A stretch of 62,426 nt of DNA, filler included. It is 22 parts of 22 records of this genome, joined end to end, with 100 filler letters (N's around TTAATTAATTAA, not from the genome) between each part and the next. Parts side by side here need not be neighbours in the genome. Positions count along the whole stretch, not along the records: positions 12,634 to 14,815 come from SRR16133337_68896; positions 14,916 to 18,317 come from SRR16133337_69134; positions 18,418 to 22,767 come from SRR16133337_69149; positions 22,868 to 24,890 come from SRR16133337_69409; positions 24,991 to 29,762 come from SRR16133337_69695; 17 more parts are not named here. One strand, 5' to 3'. The notes under the pieces are model-generated. The model made no database searches. It worked only from the letters and a program-made list of their open reading frames with translations, and was not told the origin of the DNA. A program made the translations under genes and the position numbers. Position 1 is the first letter of the stretch. Every line of letters starts with the position of its first letter. Below are positions 13,762 to 25,167 of this stretch, piece after piece.

Positions 13762-14289
13762 ATGCGCGTGCCTACAATCTACTACAGATTCATGCGCAAT
13801 TATGGATTCATATTTTATTTTTTTATGTACTCGTTGGTTCCTGTATATTGTATGATTGCGATTCTCTGCCATGTCATTATATTCGAATATGAACATTTTC
13901 AAACTATATTTGACCCTGAAAAGGAGCAAACATATCTCCTCAACATTTCAGAAGAAGTCCAAACAATTGTATCAACATACTGCAGAAACAATCGGGAAGA
14001 ATTTATTTGCGATGCAATCAAAAACAATTTTAAAATCCATGCGGAATTTGTGCCTCAAGAAATGAGAGAAAACATTGCGAGGGCAGACAATATACATTCT
14101 ACAATTTATGGGATGCTGATAAATATTTTTGTAATATTCCCTCTGGGAACAATCACACTCGCGAACTTATTATACTTTCTGGTGGTAACATGTTTAGAAA
14201 CCCCAAGTGAATATTCGACGTGGAATGCAAAATATGCTTCTTTGTACCAAGAATCTCTGGCGAATGAAAGAATTTTGTTTCAAATATGA
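13762..14289 (+). CDS. Hypothetical eukaryotic membrane protein (two hydrophobic segments)
   Basis: ORF of ~175 codons from ATG in AT-rich DNA, with hydrophobic stretches near both ends. No family recognised. Confidence 0.45.
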   Translation: MRVPTIYYRFMRNYGFIFYFFMYSLVPVYCMIAILCHVIIFEYEHFQTIFDPEKEQTYLLNISEEVQTIVSTYCRNNREEFICDAIKNNFKIHAEFVPQEMRENIARADNIHSTIYGMLINIFVIFPLGTITLANLLYFLVVTCLETPSEYSTWNAKYASLYQESLANERILFQI

Positions 14290-17200
14290 AATCTGAAAAA
14301 AGGCGTTGTGCTCGGAATTCGGCATTATTAAAAAATGTATTAATGAAAACACGTGTATTTGTGATAGTAAGCAAGCATCATGCGAGCTAACAAAGGCGCA
14401 TTTTTTTAAGAATACAGTGAATTCAAAACAAGCACATACATCATGAAGCCCGGTTTGAAATTGGTTTTGAACATATTTGCTCTATTTCCAATGTTTTATT
14501 ATTTGGAATATTATTTGCGTGATGAAGAAAACGTTTTTGGTATTGTTTTTGAATTGTCATCCGATGGGAAATGTGTGAGATGTTGTGCAGGACTACGGCG
14601 CTACAAAATGGTTTTGGAGATTCGTTTAGTCATAAATGTTAATATAAAAACACTTTTTTCAAATAAAATGCCCGATTCTTCATAAAATACTAATCTTCTA
14701 AAGAATTTGCTTGATGAATGTGTTTTTAGGAAGGTTTTAGTGAATTTCAGTAAAACTTTCGGAAATGACAAAACCAAATATGCTCGTAATTGTTTGCTAC
14801 TATAGTTGTAAACCANNNNNNNNNNNNNNNNNNNNNNNNNNNNNNNNNNNNNNNNNNNNTTAATTAATTAANNNNNNNNNNNNNNNNNNNNNNNNNNNNN
14901 NNNNNNNNNNNNNNNTTGTCAAATAAAGAAAGAATTATAATACAAAAAATTTATCTTGAAGAGCGGCATAAAATTTCAAAATTATTTCAAAATTTGATTG
15001 TCAAAATACGAGGGGCGAATAGAATGCGAATATTTTATCATACTACCAAAAATTTTTTCACAAATAATTTTATCTGAAAAATTATCTTGTGTTTTACTTT
15101 GCAGGATGTGTACCTGGTAATTTGTATTCACATGCGAATGCACTTTGCAAGATCGAGTTTTTCGAATCGTCTATTGCAAGCATTGTTTTGGCTTGCTGAC
15201 CTTCAAGCATCTGTCCAATCTAACAAAGCAAATATGTATTTTATGTGAACTCGTTTGGGCAATGCATATGTTACCTTGGTTTCCTGAGTGTACAGAATAC
15301 AGAGTCAAATATAATTTTATGTAGATTATTTCGCACTCACCATTTTCAGAAGACAATGATTGCTTGTGTTCCCTTCTTTTCCATCGTCTTTTAAATTTAT
15401 TTGACCGAATTCAGCATAGTTATCCCTGAACGGACAATCATCACATTTTACTAACATTGTTGCTTTCAAATTCGGTGGTGTGTGTGGGTGTATTGGGACA
15501 TTTCTGTAAAATCAATCCTACTTACAGTAATAATATATTCTTGAATAGCAGGAAAATATATGGTACTCTTACTTTAACATAGAAAACCCAGTATCGATGT
15601 AAAAAAATTCTGGTTTGGCGTAGATAAATTCGGTACCTATCAATAATGAACGAAAATACATTGGTCAACAACTTCTCACAAATCCAAAAAGGGTTTCGTG
15701 TGTGGATGCCTTCAAGTCGATATCCTATTATGAAAAATCGTTTTCAATCTTGGGAAAAAAGTATGGACCTGGATCTCAAAATCCATGCAACTGGTTTAAG
15801 CAATAATTGTTTTGTGGAAGGTAGCATACGTATATCGCGCATGAAAAATCAAGCAAAACAATAAAACAGACACTTTTGCACAAATACAATTTTTTCATGT
15901 TACAGCGAAATTGCACTGTCATGTTGCCGAGATCGTTGAGAACATTATTGTTTGATTTTCAATTTTCCAAAAGTAGATTTTGCCAACTTTTTTGGACAAA
16001 TAACAAAAATTCTCTCGGAATGAATCTCTTGAAAGGAAAACTTTAATATAAAAAAAAGTGTGTCTCCTACCTTGAGAAATAACAGTAAGTGAAAATGATG
16101 TTGATTTTTGTCAAAATGATGCTCATATTTAGAGGTAAAGTGTGCAGGGATAGTATGCGTTTTTGATATTAACTGTTATGAAGTGTGAAACACTTACGAG
16201 ATATTATCGAGCTTAGTGTTGATGTTCTCGAATTTTTGTTGTGTCATACAAAAAATTTGCATGAAAAATGATTTCGTTGAATTACGTCTTCTAAGTAAGC
16301 AAAAAAGCTTTGAGAGGAAGAAATATTCGGTATGAAGCTTAATTAAATATAAAGTGTGTTTTTTTAGAAAGAACAAGAAACAAATTTATTATGGGATATT
16401 TTTACAAACTTATGCAGTCAAAACATTTTGATAACAACATCATTCTTGAAATCGTTTTTCAAACGAACGTTGGTGTTTTGAAATGTTTTAGTTGCGCTGT
16501 ATAATATCAATATACAGTTTACGTCATGTCTTGTGGTACAGCTTAGAGTCTGTCCATATGCGGAATGTAGATTATACAATGTGCTCTTGCATGTACGGTA
16601 GATAACGCAGAAAGTCAAGTAAGTCAGAAATTAACACAGTAACATTTTGTACGTTTCCTCGATTGTGGTTCCAGAGTGTGTTGCCAATAAAAATGTTTTT
16701 CCTGCGATGGCACAAAAACCTGTACAATTGACTAGCAATTGTTTGTGAAATTGTACTGCGTACAGAAAATGAAAATTTCAATGTGCGACGTTGTTATCTC
16801 ATTGTTTTAGGAGTGTTGTCTTCTCGTGGTAGGATTCTGTATATCGATTTTTAAATGCGATATTTGTGGTTTTCAGCCTTATTCTCTGCCAAAAATTGTG
16901 CAAATAGCAGAAACTACAGTATTGGAACAAAACAATAATTTTCGAGTAGTGGAAGGGTGTGGGCGTGGTAGCGTGTGAGAGGGGGTGGGGCGACAATCAT
17001 TTGTCAAATGTATTAAAAATGACACTTTAAAATGAAAAATTCAATATTTCGTGCACTTACTTATCTGTGATTATTATAGCAACGGGATCATGACGAAGTG
17101 TTTTCATTACACTAAGTCCCGGTTTCCAGGCCTGCACATATGACAACTCACCAATAATCTACATACAAGACAAAAACAGATGTGTCAAAACTTTTATATC

Positions 17201-18554
17201 AGTGATGTGATTCTAATCCTTCACTTTCGTGACATTGGATATATATAACTGCAAAAATATATATAATGATGTGTAGAAAGCGTTTTAGAAGCAAATTGGG
17301 TGACATACGTAAAAACAAATTAATGTTTTCAAACGTTTCCAGTCCTAGTGCATCCTCGTGTTGTACCCTCCACTGGACTAGAATTGTAATATGCTGTTGA
17401 AATCTATTTTACTTTTTATCTTAACCTGAAGAAATCTCTGAAATGTGTGTTTTCTCTAAGAATGTAAAGATATGGACTTTTTCTTATTGTTAAAATGTTT
17501 TTCTAATGCATCAGCGAATAGTAAGTAAAAACGTCTGAAAATTAGTGGTGATTTTCGGTATCAAAGGGAAATTATTTCTGGATTTTGTTTGTGACAATAT
17601 GTGAAATTTTTCATATTCTCACAAATTTCCACAATGTTCTTCTAATTTATGTTTTTAAGTTTTAAGTTGAAAAAAAATATTTACTTACAATGATAATCGA
17701 TGACTGCGTGAAAATATTTGCTTCATGTGTAAATAACGGACTCAGAGTTTGTTTTCGATTCAATCCGTGTTTAAGATCTTTGACGTCAGTTAATATCTCG
17801 AGAAAAACGCTTGCCTATGCACGCATGGTAAAAAAGAAAAGTAACATTTTTTTCATACGTTTCGGACAAAACATTCGAGAATTCATATTTTTTTTTCAAC
17901 ATTTACGCGTACTTTAATTTATTGAAGAACAAATTACCTTTTTGAATGGTTTTACGTCAGATTTTAATTCTTTCAGAAGTGATTTGATTTCTGAGCGCAC
18001 AATTACAGACTGAGAACTAAGCGTTTCACGAAACGTAGTGTATTTCAAATTGTTTATTTCGCCCTAAAATAAAAATAATAAGTTTTTTGCACATTAAATT
18101 ACATATATTTTATTTTGTGTGTTTGCCCCCTTTGTTTTGTTTCATGTGATAAATAAAAACATATGGTGATTCTTACCCCTGCACAGGTGCTTTCACATCA
18201 AGTAAGCCCCTATCAATACATTTTTTTTCAGATTTGAGGTGGTGATGGGGGGTACATGTTTTTTAGAAAAAAAAATTTGTACAAAAATGAACCACCGCCT
18301 GCCCATTTTCAAAAAAANNNNNNNNNNNNNNNNNNNNNNNNNNNNNNNNNNNNNNNNNNNNTTAATTAATTAANNNNNNNNNNNNNNNNNNNNNNNNNNN
18401 NNNNNNNNNNNNNNNNNCCTTTAGATTAGCCAAGAGAAAAAAATCTATTCAAAAAAGAAAATAGGTTGTTTTTTAAATTTCTTTTTGTATCTTCCTTTTC
18501 AAATCAGAACTACGTTTCTTATACTAACCATTGGGCGTAATTAGGAAAAACTGA

Positions 18555-19133
18555 ATGAATTGTGAAACAATAGATATGATTGAAATAATACTTACTCCAA
18601 TTCTGACCATTCTTTCAAACATAATTTTTTACTTATGTATAAAAAAATATGTTGACCGCTCTATTGAACAATACAAAATAACTTATAGCGGGATTTTTAA
18701 GGAAAAAATAGATATCTATCGAGAAATTTTGGATAAATCTTATCGAATAAAGCTTCTGATTCGTCGTTATCATTTGACTGGAGATGAAAAACAAGGTGCT
18801 GACTTTATTCGCGAAATTGTGGAATTCATAAACTATTACTTAAAAAATCAGCCTTTTCTATCTGAAAATATGCTTGATAAGCTTAAAAAAATTACAGCAG
18901 AATTTCAATTTATTTTTGATAACTCATATCCATATTATTCTCTATCAAAAGTCAGTGGAATTAGTAAAGAAAAGCGAACTGAAATGCTATCGAAATTTTT
19001 TAAAGCTGGAAATAAGTTTAAAACTGATAATCCCTTTAACGAATTAGAAACTGTAATTATTAAAGAAATGAGAGCGGATTTGAAAACTGATCATTTTAAA
19101 AAAGGAAAAAGGAAAATTCTATCACATTTTTAA
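18555..19133 (+). CDS. Hypothetical protein, N-terminal TM helix plus helical domain
   Basis: 192-aa ORF on a bacterial contig. IEIILTPILTILSNIIFYLCI is a hydrophobic segment. Confidence 0.75.
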   Translation: MNCETIDMIEIILTPILTILSNIIFYLCIKKYVDRSIEQYKITYSGIFKEKIDIYREILDKSYRIKLLIRRYHLTGDEKQGADFIREIVEFINYYLKNQPFLSENMLDKLKKITAEFQFIFDNSYPYYSLSKVSGISKEKRTEMLSKFFKAGNKFKTDNPFNELETVIIKEMRADLKTDHFKKGKRKILSHF

Positions 19134-19343
19134 AAGTTCATCTACTGATATTTCAAAACCATTAGCTATTTTAATCAAAGTTAGTAAACGAGGATTCGTT
19201 TTACCTTTTTCAATCATATATAACTGAGTTCTTCCAATCTCACAATCAAAGGCAAATGACTTTTGGTCAATTCCATTAGTTTCTCTCAACTTTTTGATTC
19301 TTTCTCCTAGTTTTCGGAGATATTTTTCATCTTTCGTGTTCAC
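19122..19343 (-). CDS. XRE-family HTH transcriptional regulator
   Basis: LGERIKKLRETNGIDQKSFAFDCEIGRTQLYMIEKGKTNPRLLTLIKIANGFEIS fits the HTH_3 pattern. Confidence 0.92.
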   Translation of the reverse strand: MNTKDEKYLRKLGERIKKLRETNGIDQKSFAFDCEIGRTQLYMIEKGKTNPRLLTLIKIANGFEISVDELLKM

Positions 19344-19376
19344 TATACCGAAATTCCGTATTTTTTTTCTATCTTG

Positions 19377-19394
19377 TGTTCGCTATAATGAACA
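19377..19394. promoter_or_regulatory. Putative operator (inverted repeat with central TATA) upstream of the XRE gene
   Basis: TGTTC-gcTATAat-GAACA lies ~35 bp upstream of the 19343 start. Confidence 0.5.
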
Positions 19395-19421
19395 TTTGGA
19401 AAAATGAATGAAATTAGAAAA

Positions 19422-19631
19422 TCAAGATTTAGACTTTACAAACAACTCTCTCACTTCAACATTTAAAATCTCTGCAATACTATAAAATGTTTCAATAGTT
19501 GGTTGCATATCGTTTGTACACCAACGAGAAACGGTGGACTTATCTTTATCCAACTGTTCAGATAACCATTTAGCTGACTTCTCTTTCTCGGCTAAGACTA
19601 TTTTGATTCTATTATACTTAGATTTTGACAT
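19422..19631 (-). CDS. XRE-family HTH regulator (small Bacteroidota type)
   Basis: YNRIKIVLAEKEKSAKWLSEQLDKDKSTVSRWCTNDMQPTIETFYSIAEILNVEVRELF. Confidence 0.93.
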   Translation of the reverse strand: MSKSKYNRIKIVLAEKEKSAKWLSEQLDKDKSTVSRWCTNDMQPTIETFYSIAEILNVEVRELFVKSKS

Positions 19632-19821
19632 TAAGCCAATTAAATTTCGTTTGATGCAAATATAATTGATTCAAAATCAATCGATTTTCAATAAAAGTTT
19701 TCAAAAAACGAATTATAGTTTTCATATAACGAAAATTTATTTTATATTTACGAAAACAAAAAGAAATAAATTGGCTGTTAAAAAAAATATAAAAACTCCT
19801 TGTAAAATTTAAATAAAGTTC

Positions 19822-19829
19822 TATCTTTG
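19822..19829 (+). promoter_or_regulatory. Bacteroidota housekeeping -7 promoter element
   Basis: TATCTTTG matches TAnnTTTG, 18 bp upstream of the tRNA. Confidence 0.75.
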
Positions 19830-19846
19830 CAACCGCTTAAAGCTAC

Positions 19847-19923
19847 GGTCTGGTAGTTCAGTTGGTTAGAATACCTGCCTGTCACGCAGGGGGTCGCGAG
19901 TTCGAGTCTCGTCCAGACCGCCA
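19847..19923 (+). tRNA. tRNA-Asp (GTC)
   Basis: GGTCTGG/CCAGACC acceptor stem, anticodon arm CCTGC-CTGTCAC-GCAGG, GTTCGA T-loop, encoded CCA. Confidence 0.98.
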
Positions 19924-19989
19924 ATAAAAATCTCAACACTTTGATTTTAGGAAGTTGTTATTTTTTAATTTCTGATACTAATTCTATTT

Positions 19990-20165
19990 CTAAAAAATCA
20001 GTTTTGGTATAAGGGTTTTTAAAAGGTCTTGACTATCTATTTTTGGTAAATCTGGTCGTAATTTCTTTTTACAACTCTGCATCAAATTCTTAATAGCAAT
20101 AATCAAATCAATAGTTTGTTCAGCTGTTACCTCAACGCCTTTTAACAAGTAAAGTATCAAACTTT
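19990..20165 (-). pseudogene. Remnant of a Fic-family protein (C-terminal helical region)
   Basis: ILYLLKGVEVTAEQTIDLIIAIKNLMQSCKKKLRPDLPKIDSQDLL resembles the segment that follows the Fic motif (ILYMLxGVExTA...I...LM...IR..LPKIYSQDLL). No HPFxxGNGR motif and no room for the N-terminus. Confidence 0.65.
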
Positions 20166-20200
20166 CCCCGTCATGCGGAGTATATAAAGACCAACGAACC

Positions 20201-22549
20201 TTACCCAATCACTTTTAACTTTGCAAATTTTAAAATAAGCTTTTTAGAACCTCCTTTTTCAAACTTAATTTCAGCTTTGGTATCTCCTCCTATTCCTTCT
20301 AGTTTTAAGACTTCTCCTCTTCCAAAACGAGCATGTTCTACAAAATTTCCTATGACAATTTTAGAGTCAAATAAATTTCCACGAGTTTCACTTACTGTTG
20401 AAATGGGTTTTAGATTTTTAGAAACCAATAACTTTTGTTTTTCAGATGTTGTTGTGGTTTGATCCGTACGTACATTTACCGAACTTCTAGAAATTGGCTT
20501 TCTAAAGCGTATTTTATCTTTTGAAATGTTGCTATCAAACAAACTGCTATCTACAAAATTATGGGGTCGTGGTTCTAATTTTTTTGGATTTAAGTATTCT
20601 AAAAAACTTGCCTCTATTTCTTCTAGAAAACGACTCGGTTCACAGTCTACTAGTTTTCCCCAACGATAACGTGTCTGTGCAAAACTTAAATAGGCTTGTT
20701 GTTTTGCTCTTGTTAAGGCCACATAAAACAAACGACGCTCTTCTTCCAACTCGCTTCGGGTGTTCATACTCATGGCAGATGGGAATAGAGATTCTTCTAA
20801 CCCAACTATATATACATAAGGATATTCCAGTCCTTTTGCCAAGTGAATGGTCATCAAAGAAACCATCGGTTCGTCCTCCTCTTTATCGCTGTCTAAATCT
20901 GACTTTAAAGCGATCTCTTCTAAAAAGACAGCCAAAGAATCTTCTTGTTCCTTTTCTTTAGCATCCTCAATAAAATATTTGATCCCATTCAGCAATTCTT
21001 GTATATTTTCTATTTTACTCACATTTTCTAGAATTCCATCGGCTTCTAAATCTTTTACGATCCCCACTTGTTTGACCACTAAATCTGCGACTTCAAAAGC
21101 GTTCTGTTTTTGAGAGGCAATGGTAAAACTTTGTAGCATCGTGGCAAAATTTAACAATTTCGTTTTTGTTCCTGCATTTATTTTTAAATCAACTTTATCG
21201 ATGTATTTTACAATCTCAAACAAAGGTTTTTTGTAATAATTGGCCGCAACAATTAATTTATCGATCGTTGTTTGTCCAATGCCTCTTGCTGGATAATTGA
21301 TGATGCGTTTCAAGGCTTCTTCATCATTTGGGTTGATCAACAGACGTAGATAAGACAATACATCTTTGATTTCTTTTCGTTGGTAAAAAGAAGTTCCTCC
21401 ATAAATTTTATAGGCAATTCTCTTTTTACGTAAAGCATCTTCTATGGCTCTAGATTGGACATTGGTTCTGTAAAGGATACAAAATTTATTATTCGTCAAT
21501 TGATGGTTCATTTTGTTCTCAAAAATAGAATTTGCCACCCAACGTCCTTCCTCTCCATCAGAAATGGTACGCATCACTTTTACTTTAGATCCCTTGCTAT
21601 TGGCTGTCCAAATTTCTTTGTCAAGTTTTGTTTTATTTTTGGCAATCAAGCTATTGGCTGCGGCTACAATATTTTTTGTGGAACGGTAGTTTTGCTCTAA
21701 TTTAAACTTTTGTACATTTTCATAATGCTTTTGAAAATTCAAGATATTGTTGATATTCGCACCACGAAATGCATAGATACTTTGAGAATCATCTCCTACC
21801 ACACAGATATTTTGAAAACGATCTGCCAAAGCACGTACGATTAGATATTGAGAGTGGTTGGTATCTTGGTACTCATCTACCATGACATAACGAAAACGAT
21901 CTTGATATTTTGCCAATACCTCTGGAAAACGCGATAACAATTCATTGGTTCTTAACAATAAATCATCAAAATCCATCACTCCAGATTGAAAGCAACGGTC
22001 TACATATTCTTTGTAAATATCGCCTATTTTAGGTCGACTTGCCATGGTATCGGCTTCTTTTAATTCGGGATTGCGATGATATGCTTTTACCGTAATCAAA
22101 CTATTTTTAAACTGAGAAATTCTACTCAATACCCCTTTAACTTTGTACCGCTCTTTGTCCAGTCCCATCTCACGAATAATAGCTCCTATCAATTTTACAG
22201 AATCTTGTGTATCATAAATGGTGAAATTCCTAGGGTAGCCTAATTTGTCTGATTCTGAACGAAGAATTCTTGCAAATACGGAATGAAAGGTTCCCATCCA
22301 CAAGTTTTTTGCCTCACTTTGTCCCACTACAGAAGCAATACGCTCTTTCATTTCTCGAGCGGCTTTGTTGGTAAAGGTTAGAATCAGAATATTGAAGGCA
22401 TCCACCCCCGTTTTCATCAAGTGTGCGATTCTATAAGTAAGCACTCTTGTTTTACCCGAGCCTGCACCTGCGATGATAATCATAGGTCCTTCTTTCTGTA
22501 AAACTGCTTCTTTCTGCGATGGATTTAATGCGTCTAAATAATCTGCCAA
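20201..22549 (-). CDS. pcrA: ATP-dependent DNA helicase UvrD/PcrA
   Basis: 782 aa, TTG start. Motifs AGAGSGKT, VDEYQDTN, VGDDSQSIYAFRGA, LEQNYRST, TIHLAKGLEY, EEERRLFYVALTRA. Confidence 0.97.
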   Translation of the reverse strand: MADYLDALNPSQKEAVLQKEGPMIIIAGAGSGKTRVLTYRIAHLMKTGVDAFNILILTFTNKAAREMKERIASVVGQSEAKNLWMGTFHSVFARILRSESDKLGYPRNFTIYDTQDSVKLIGAIIREMGLDKERYKVKGVLSRISQFKNSLITVKAYHRNPELKEADTMASRPKIGDIYKEYVDRCFQSGVMDFDDLLLRTNELLSRFPEVLAKYQDRFRYVMVDEYQDTNHSQYLIVRALADRFQNICVVGDDSQSIYAFRGANINNILNFQKHYENVQKFKLEQNYRSTKNIVAAANSLIAKNKTKLDKEIWTANSKGSKVKVMRTISDGEEGRWVANSIFENKMNHQLTNNKFCILYRTNVQSRAIEDALRKKRIAYKIYGGTSFYQRKEIKDVLSYLRLLINPNDEEALKRIINYPARGIGQTTIDKLIVAANYYKKPLFEIVKYIDKVDLKINAGTKTKLLNFATMLQSFTIASQKQNAFEVADLVVKQVGIVKDLEADGILENVSKIENIQELLNGIKYFIEDAKEKEQEDSLAVFLEEIALKSDLDSDKEEDEPMVSLMTIHLAKGLEYPYVYIVGLEESLFPSAMSMNTRSELEEERRLFYVALTRAKQQAYLSFAQTRYRWGKLVDCEPSRFLEEIEASFLEYLNPKKLEPRPHNFVDSSLFDSNISKDKIRFRKPISRSSVNVRTDQTTTTSEKQKLLVSKNLKPISTVSETRGNLFDSKIVIGNFVEHARFGRGEVLKLEGIGGDTKAEIKFEKGGSKKLILKFAKLKVIG

Positions 22550-22579
22550 ATTAATTGAATTTATTTGTTGTTGTTGTTT

Positions 22580-22767
22580 GCTTTAGGCTGTAAGCTTTTA
22601 CCTATTGCCTATCTGTCTGTCTTATTGTCATGCAGTCTTATTGTCTTGCAGATGGTGATACAGTGAAACGGTGATGCCGTGAAGCAGTCATGTTCGTCTT
22701 TCTTTTTTACCCTTTTGCCTATAGCTTAAAGCCTACAACCTTTTTGTCTTGCAGTCGGGTTGTCATG
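22580..22767. repeat. Degenerate heptamer/octamer periodic intergenic repeats
   Basis: 8-mers ctgtctta ttgtcatg cagtctta ttgtcttg, then tggtgata cagtgaaa cggtgatg ccgtgaag cagtcatg. These are bracketed by inverted 7-mers (tttaggc tgtaagc ... gcctata gcttaaa gcctaca). Confidence 0.65.
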
Positions 22768-22867
22768 NNNNNNNNNNNNNNNNNNNNNNNNNNNNNNNNN
22801 NNNNNNNNNNNTTAATTAATTAANNNNNNNNNNNNNNNNNNNNNNNNNNNNNNNNNNNNNNNNNNNN

Positions 22868-24619
22868 GTTGTACCGACGAGCGATACAAACCAATCACCA
22901 AAATCTGGAAATGAAATCTCTATTGCTTCTTGATTGTCACTATTCCATGAAGCATAATCAAAATAGTCCAAACCTCCAATCTGCAAGAACTTTACGATAA
23001 TATCTACATCTCCACGTCCTCCAGATGTCATTATTGTTAAAGATATTGCGTCTATCAAAGTAAATAAAAAAATATTTCTTATTCGAATCATACATAAGTA
23101 TGCACTCCGGTCCTAGTTTCCATGACTTGGATTCAGATACCTATATTTTGACTTTAGGTGTTTTTTTTGTATTTTAACACGTCATCACTTAGCAATATTG
23201 CAAACCACACATTTTTAGAAGATCTACCTGGAAGCATGTCTTTTATAAGTTCGAGACATTTGTGGAAATGTTTTATTCCATAAAGAAATACATATGTAAG
23301 TACACACGTACACACTATCATCCACACAAAACAAAAAATAGATAGCAATTGTAGAAATGGGATTGTGTGATCAAAATTTTGAGTTTCCCTATTTTCATAT
23401 TGTTTAAATGAGTGAAGAAAAGTCGGTAAGCACCCATATTACGTGTAAATCATAGAGTAAGTTGGTGCCACACCACACACACTTTTTGTAGCTTACCTGG
23501 CGGGATAGTGACTTTGAACGTAGTTTGCGAACCAGCACTGCCAGAAACAGATGTCGAATCCCCATTTAACAGTTCCCGAATTTCAGCTGAAAAAAGCAAA
23601 AAATTTATAAACTTACACAAACCGTAGAGTTGCGATATAAATACGATAAAAATGAAATATCTTTTAGAACAAAAGGTCCACTCCGAATTATTTCGTTTTA
23701 CAATCCTATTTAGCACGTATTAGATCCAAGAAATTCAATGTTCACAAAATCAGAGAAAATGAACGGATAAAAATTACATTTCAAGTTTCTTATTTTGCAA
23801 ATTGAATTTCAGACGTGTAGTCCTCATATCAATGAGTACCCTACTCTCCCTCCCACAGCCACTCCGTCACCTTCAATAAGCGCGCACACTCCTCCATACT
23901 CAAAAATTTATGTTTTAAAATGTCTTTGAAATAATCTTTTAGATTTCAAAATTTGACATGCATTTTCACATTTTTTTCATACACTTATGTGAAAGTTAGT
24001 GAACAAATGACTTTTTTATTGAGGTGTTAGTTTCTTAACAGCTGTGCTTGGTTTTTTCACTCCGGAGGGATCTGAAGGAAAAATATGAGCTATATTAGCA
24101 AATATATCCAGTTGAAGAAAATATATTGTGTTGTCATGTCCAAATTTGTTTCTACAAAATATTTATCTGCACTTAAGTTTGAAAATGCGAAAAAATGCGA
24201 ATTTTCCCTAAATCTCTCTGAGAATTGTTTTAGCTAGTTAAGTACTATATTATTGTAACAAAAAAAACTTATTTTCAAAATTACATTAAATTTGACATAG
24301 CTTCCACAAAAGTGCAACTCAAAAATAAAAGCAACCATACAAATCGATGTGTGTATCTGTCTTAGCATGCAATGAATAATGTTACCTTGATCAATTACTT
24401 CTACGGAAAGAAAAGTGTTTACGAGCGCTGAAAGAGGTACAATCGCAATATCGTATGTTCCATTCATTATTTGCGGTGTTGAAAGCGCGTCAATAAACAA
24501 AACCGTATTCGGCGAAGTATTAAGAAACGGTTGTACAAAGAAATCATATTGACCTCCGTAGAAATCAACCATACCACCATTTTCTGAATCCACGGACCGT
24601 GCCAATAAATAGAGCGAAC
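22868..24619 (-). CDS. Partial spliced gene with tandem PPC (pre-peptidase C-terminal)-like domains
   Basis: Phase-1 exons 24619-24386, 23586-23497 and 23051-<22868. The spliced protein includes ELLNGDSTSVSGSAGSQTTFKVTIPPDAISLTIMTSGGRGDVDIIVKF...NQEAIEISFPDFGDWFVSLVG, a PPC pattern. Confidence 0.75.
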
Positions 24620-24990
24620 CTAAAAACATATAAAGACATACAGAATTAACTAGATTCAAACAAAAGCGCAAAAACATTTCTCTAGAAAAATGTGGCTGGT
24701 TTTCGAGCTGAATCCAATTTCAGTATAAAAAATGACAAACTCCCAAAACGCCTGTCTGAAACTCGTTTTGTGTCCAAAAGAGACGCTTTTTAGCATCCAA
24801 AACAAAATACTGTTGAAAGTTTTAACAAGATGAACCTGGTATACACTTTCTTTTGTAAAGATTTCACATGGCGTTTATGGATATTTTACANNNNNNNNNN
24901 NNNNNNNNNNNNNNNNNNNNNNNNNNNNNNNNNNTTAATTAATTAANNNNNNNNNNNNNNNNNNNNNNNNNNNNNNNNNNNNNNNNNNNN

Positions 24991-25044
24991 TTAGAAACAA
25001 AAAGAGGGTTCTAAAAATTCGGGTTTTTAACTGGGTGGAGTATA
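24991..25044. repeat. TATA-ended palindromic element, right arm (copy A)
   Basis: AAAAATTCGGGTTTTTAACTGGGTGGAGTATA at 25013-25044, preceded by a TTAGAAAC...GGTTCTAA hairpin. At the contig start. Confidence 0.85.
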
Positions 25045-25167
25045 ACCCAAATATCCCAATGGGTTTCTTGGGTTAAATATTTACTTGGAAATATTCCTAA
25101 TTACCACAAAAAAGATTTATACTTTTATAGATTCAAAGTAATAGGATATAAAATAGCAACATATAGA

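Noticed and set aside
14916-18317. Scattered exon-like segments on the minus strand
   Set aside because: Splice-like signals are present, but I could not build a consistent gene model or recognise a product.
20277-21700. + strand ORFs inside pcrA, and similar antisense ORFs in mod, res, the acyl-CoA dehydrogenase and GT2
   Set aside because: Antisense shadows of well-supported genes.
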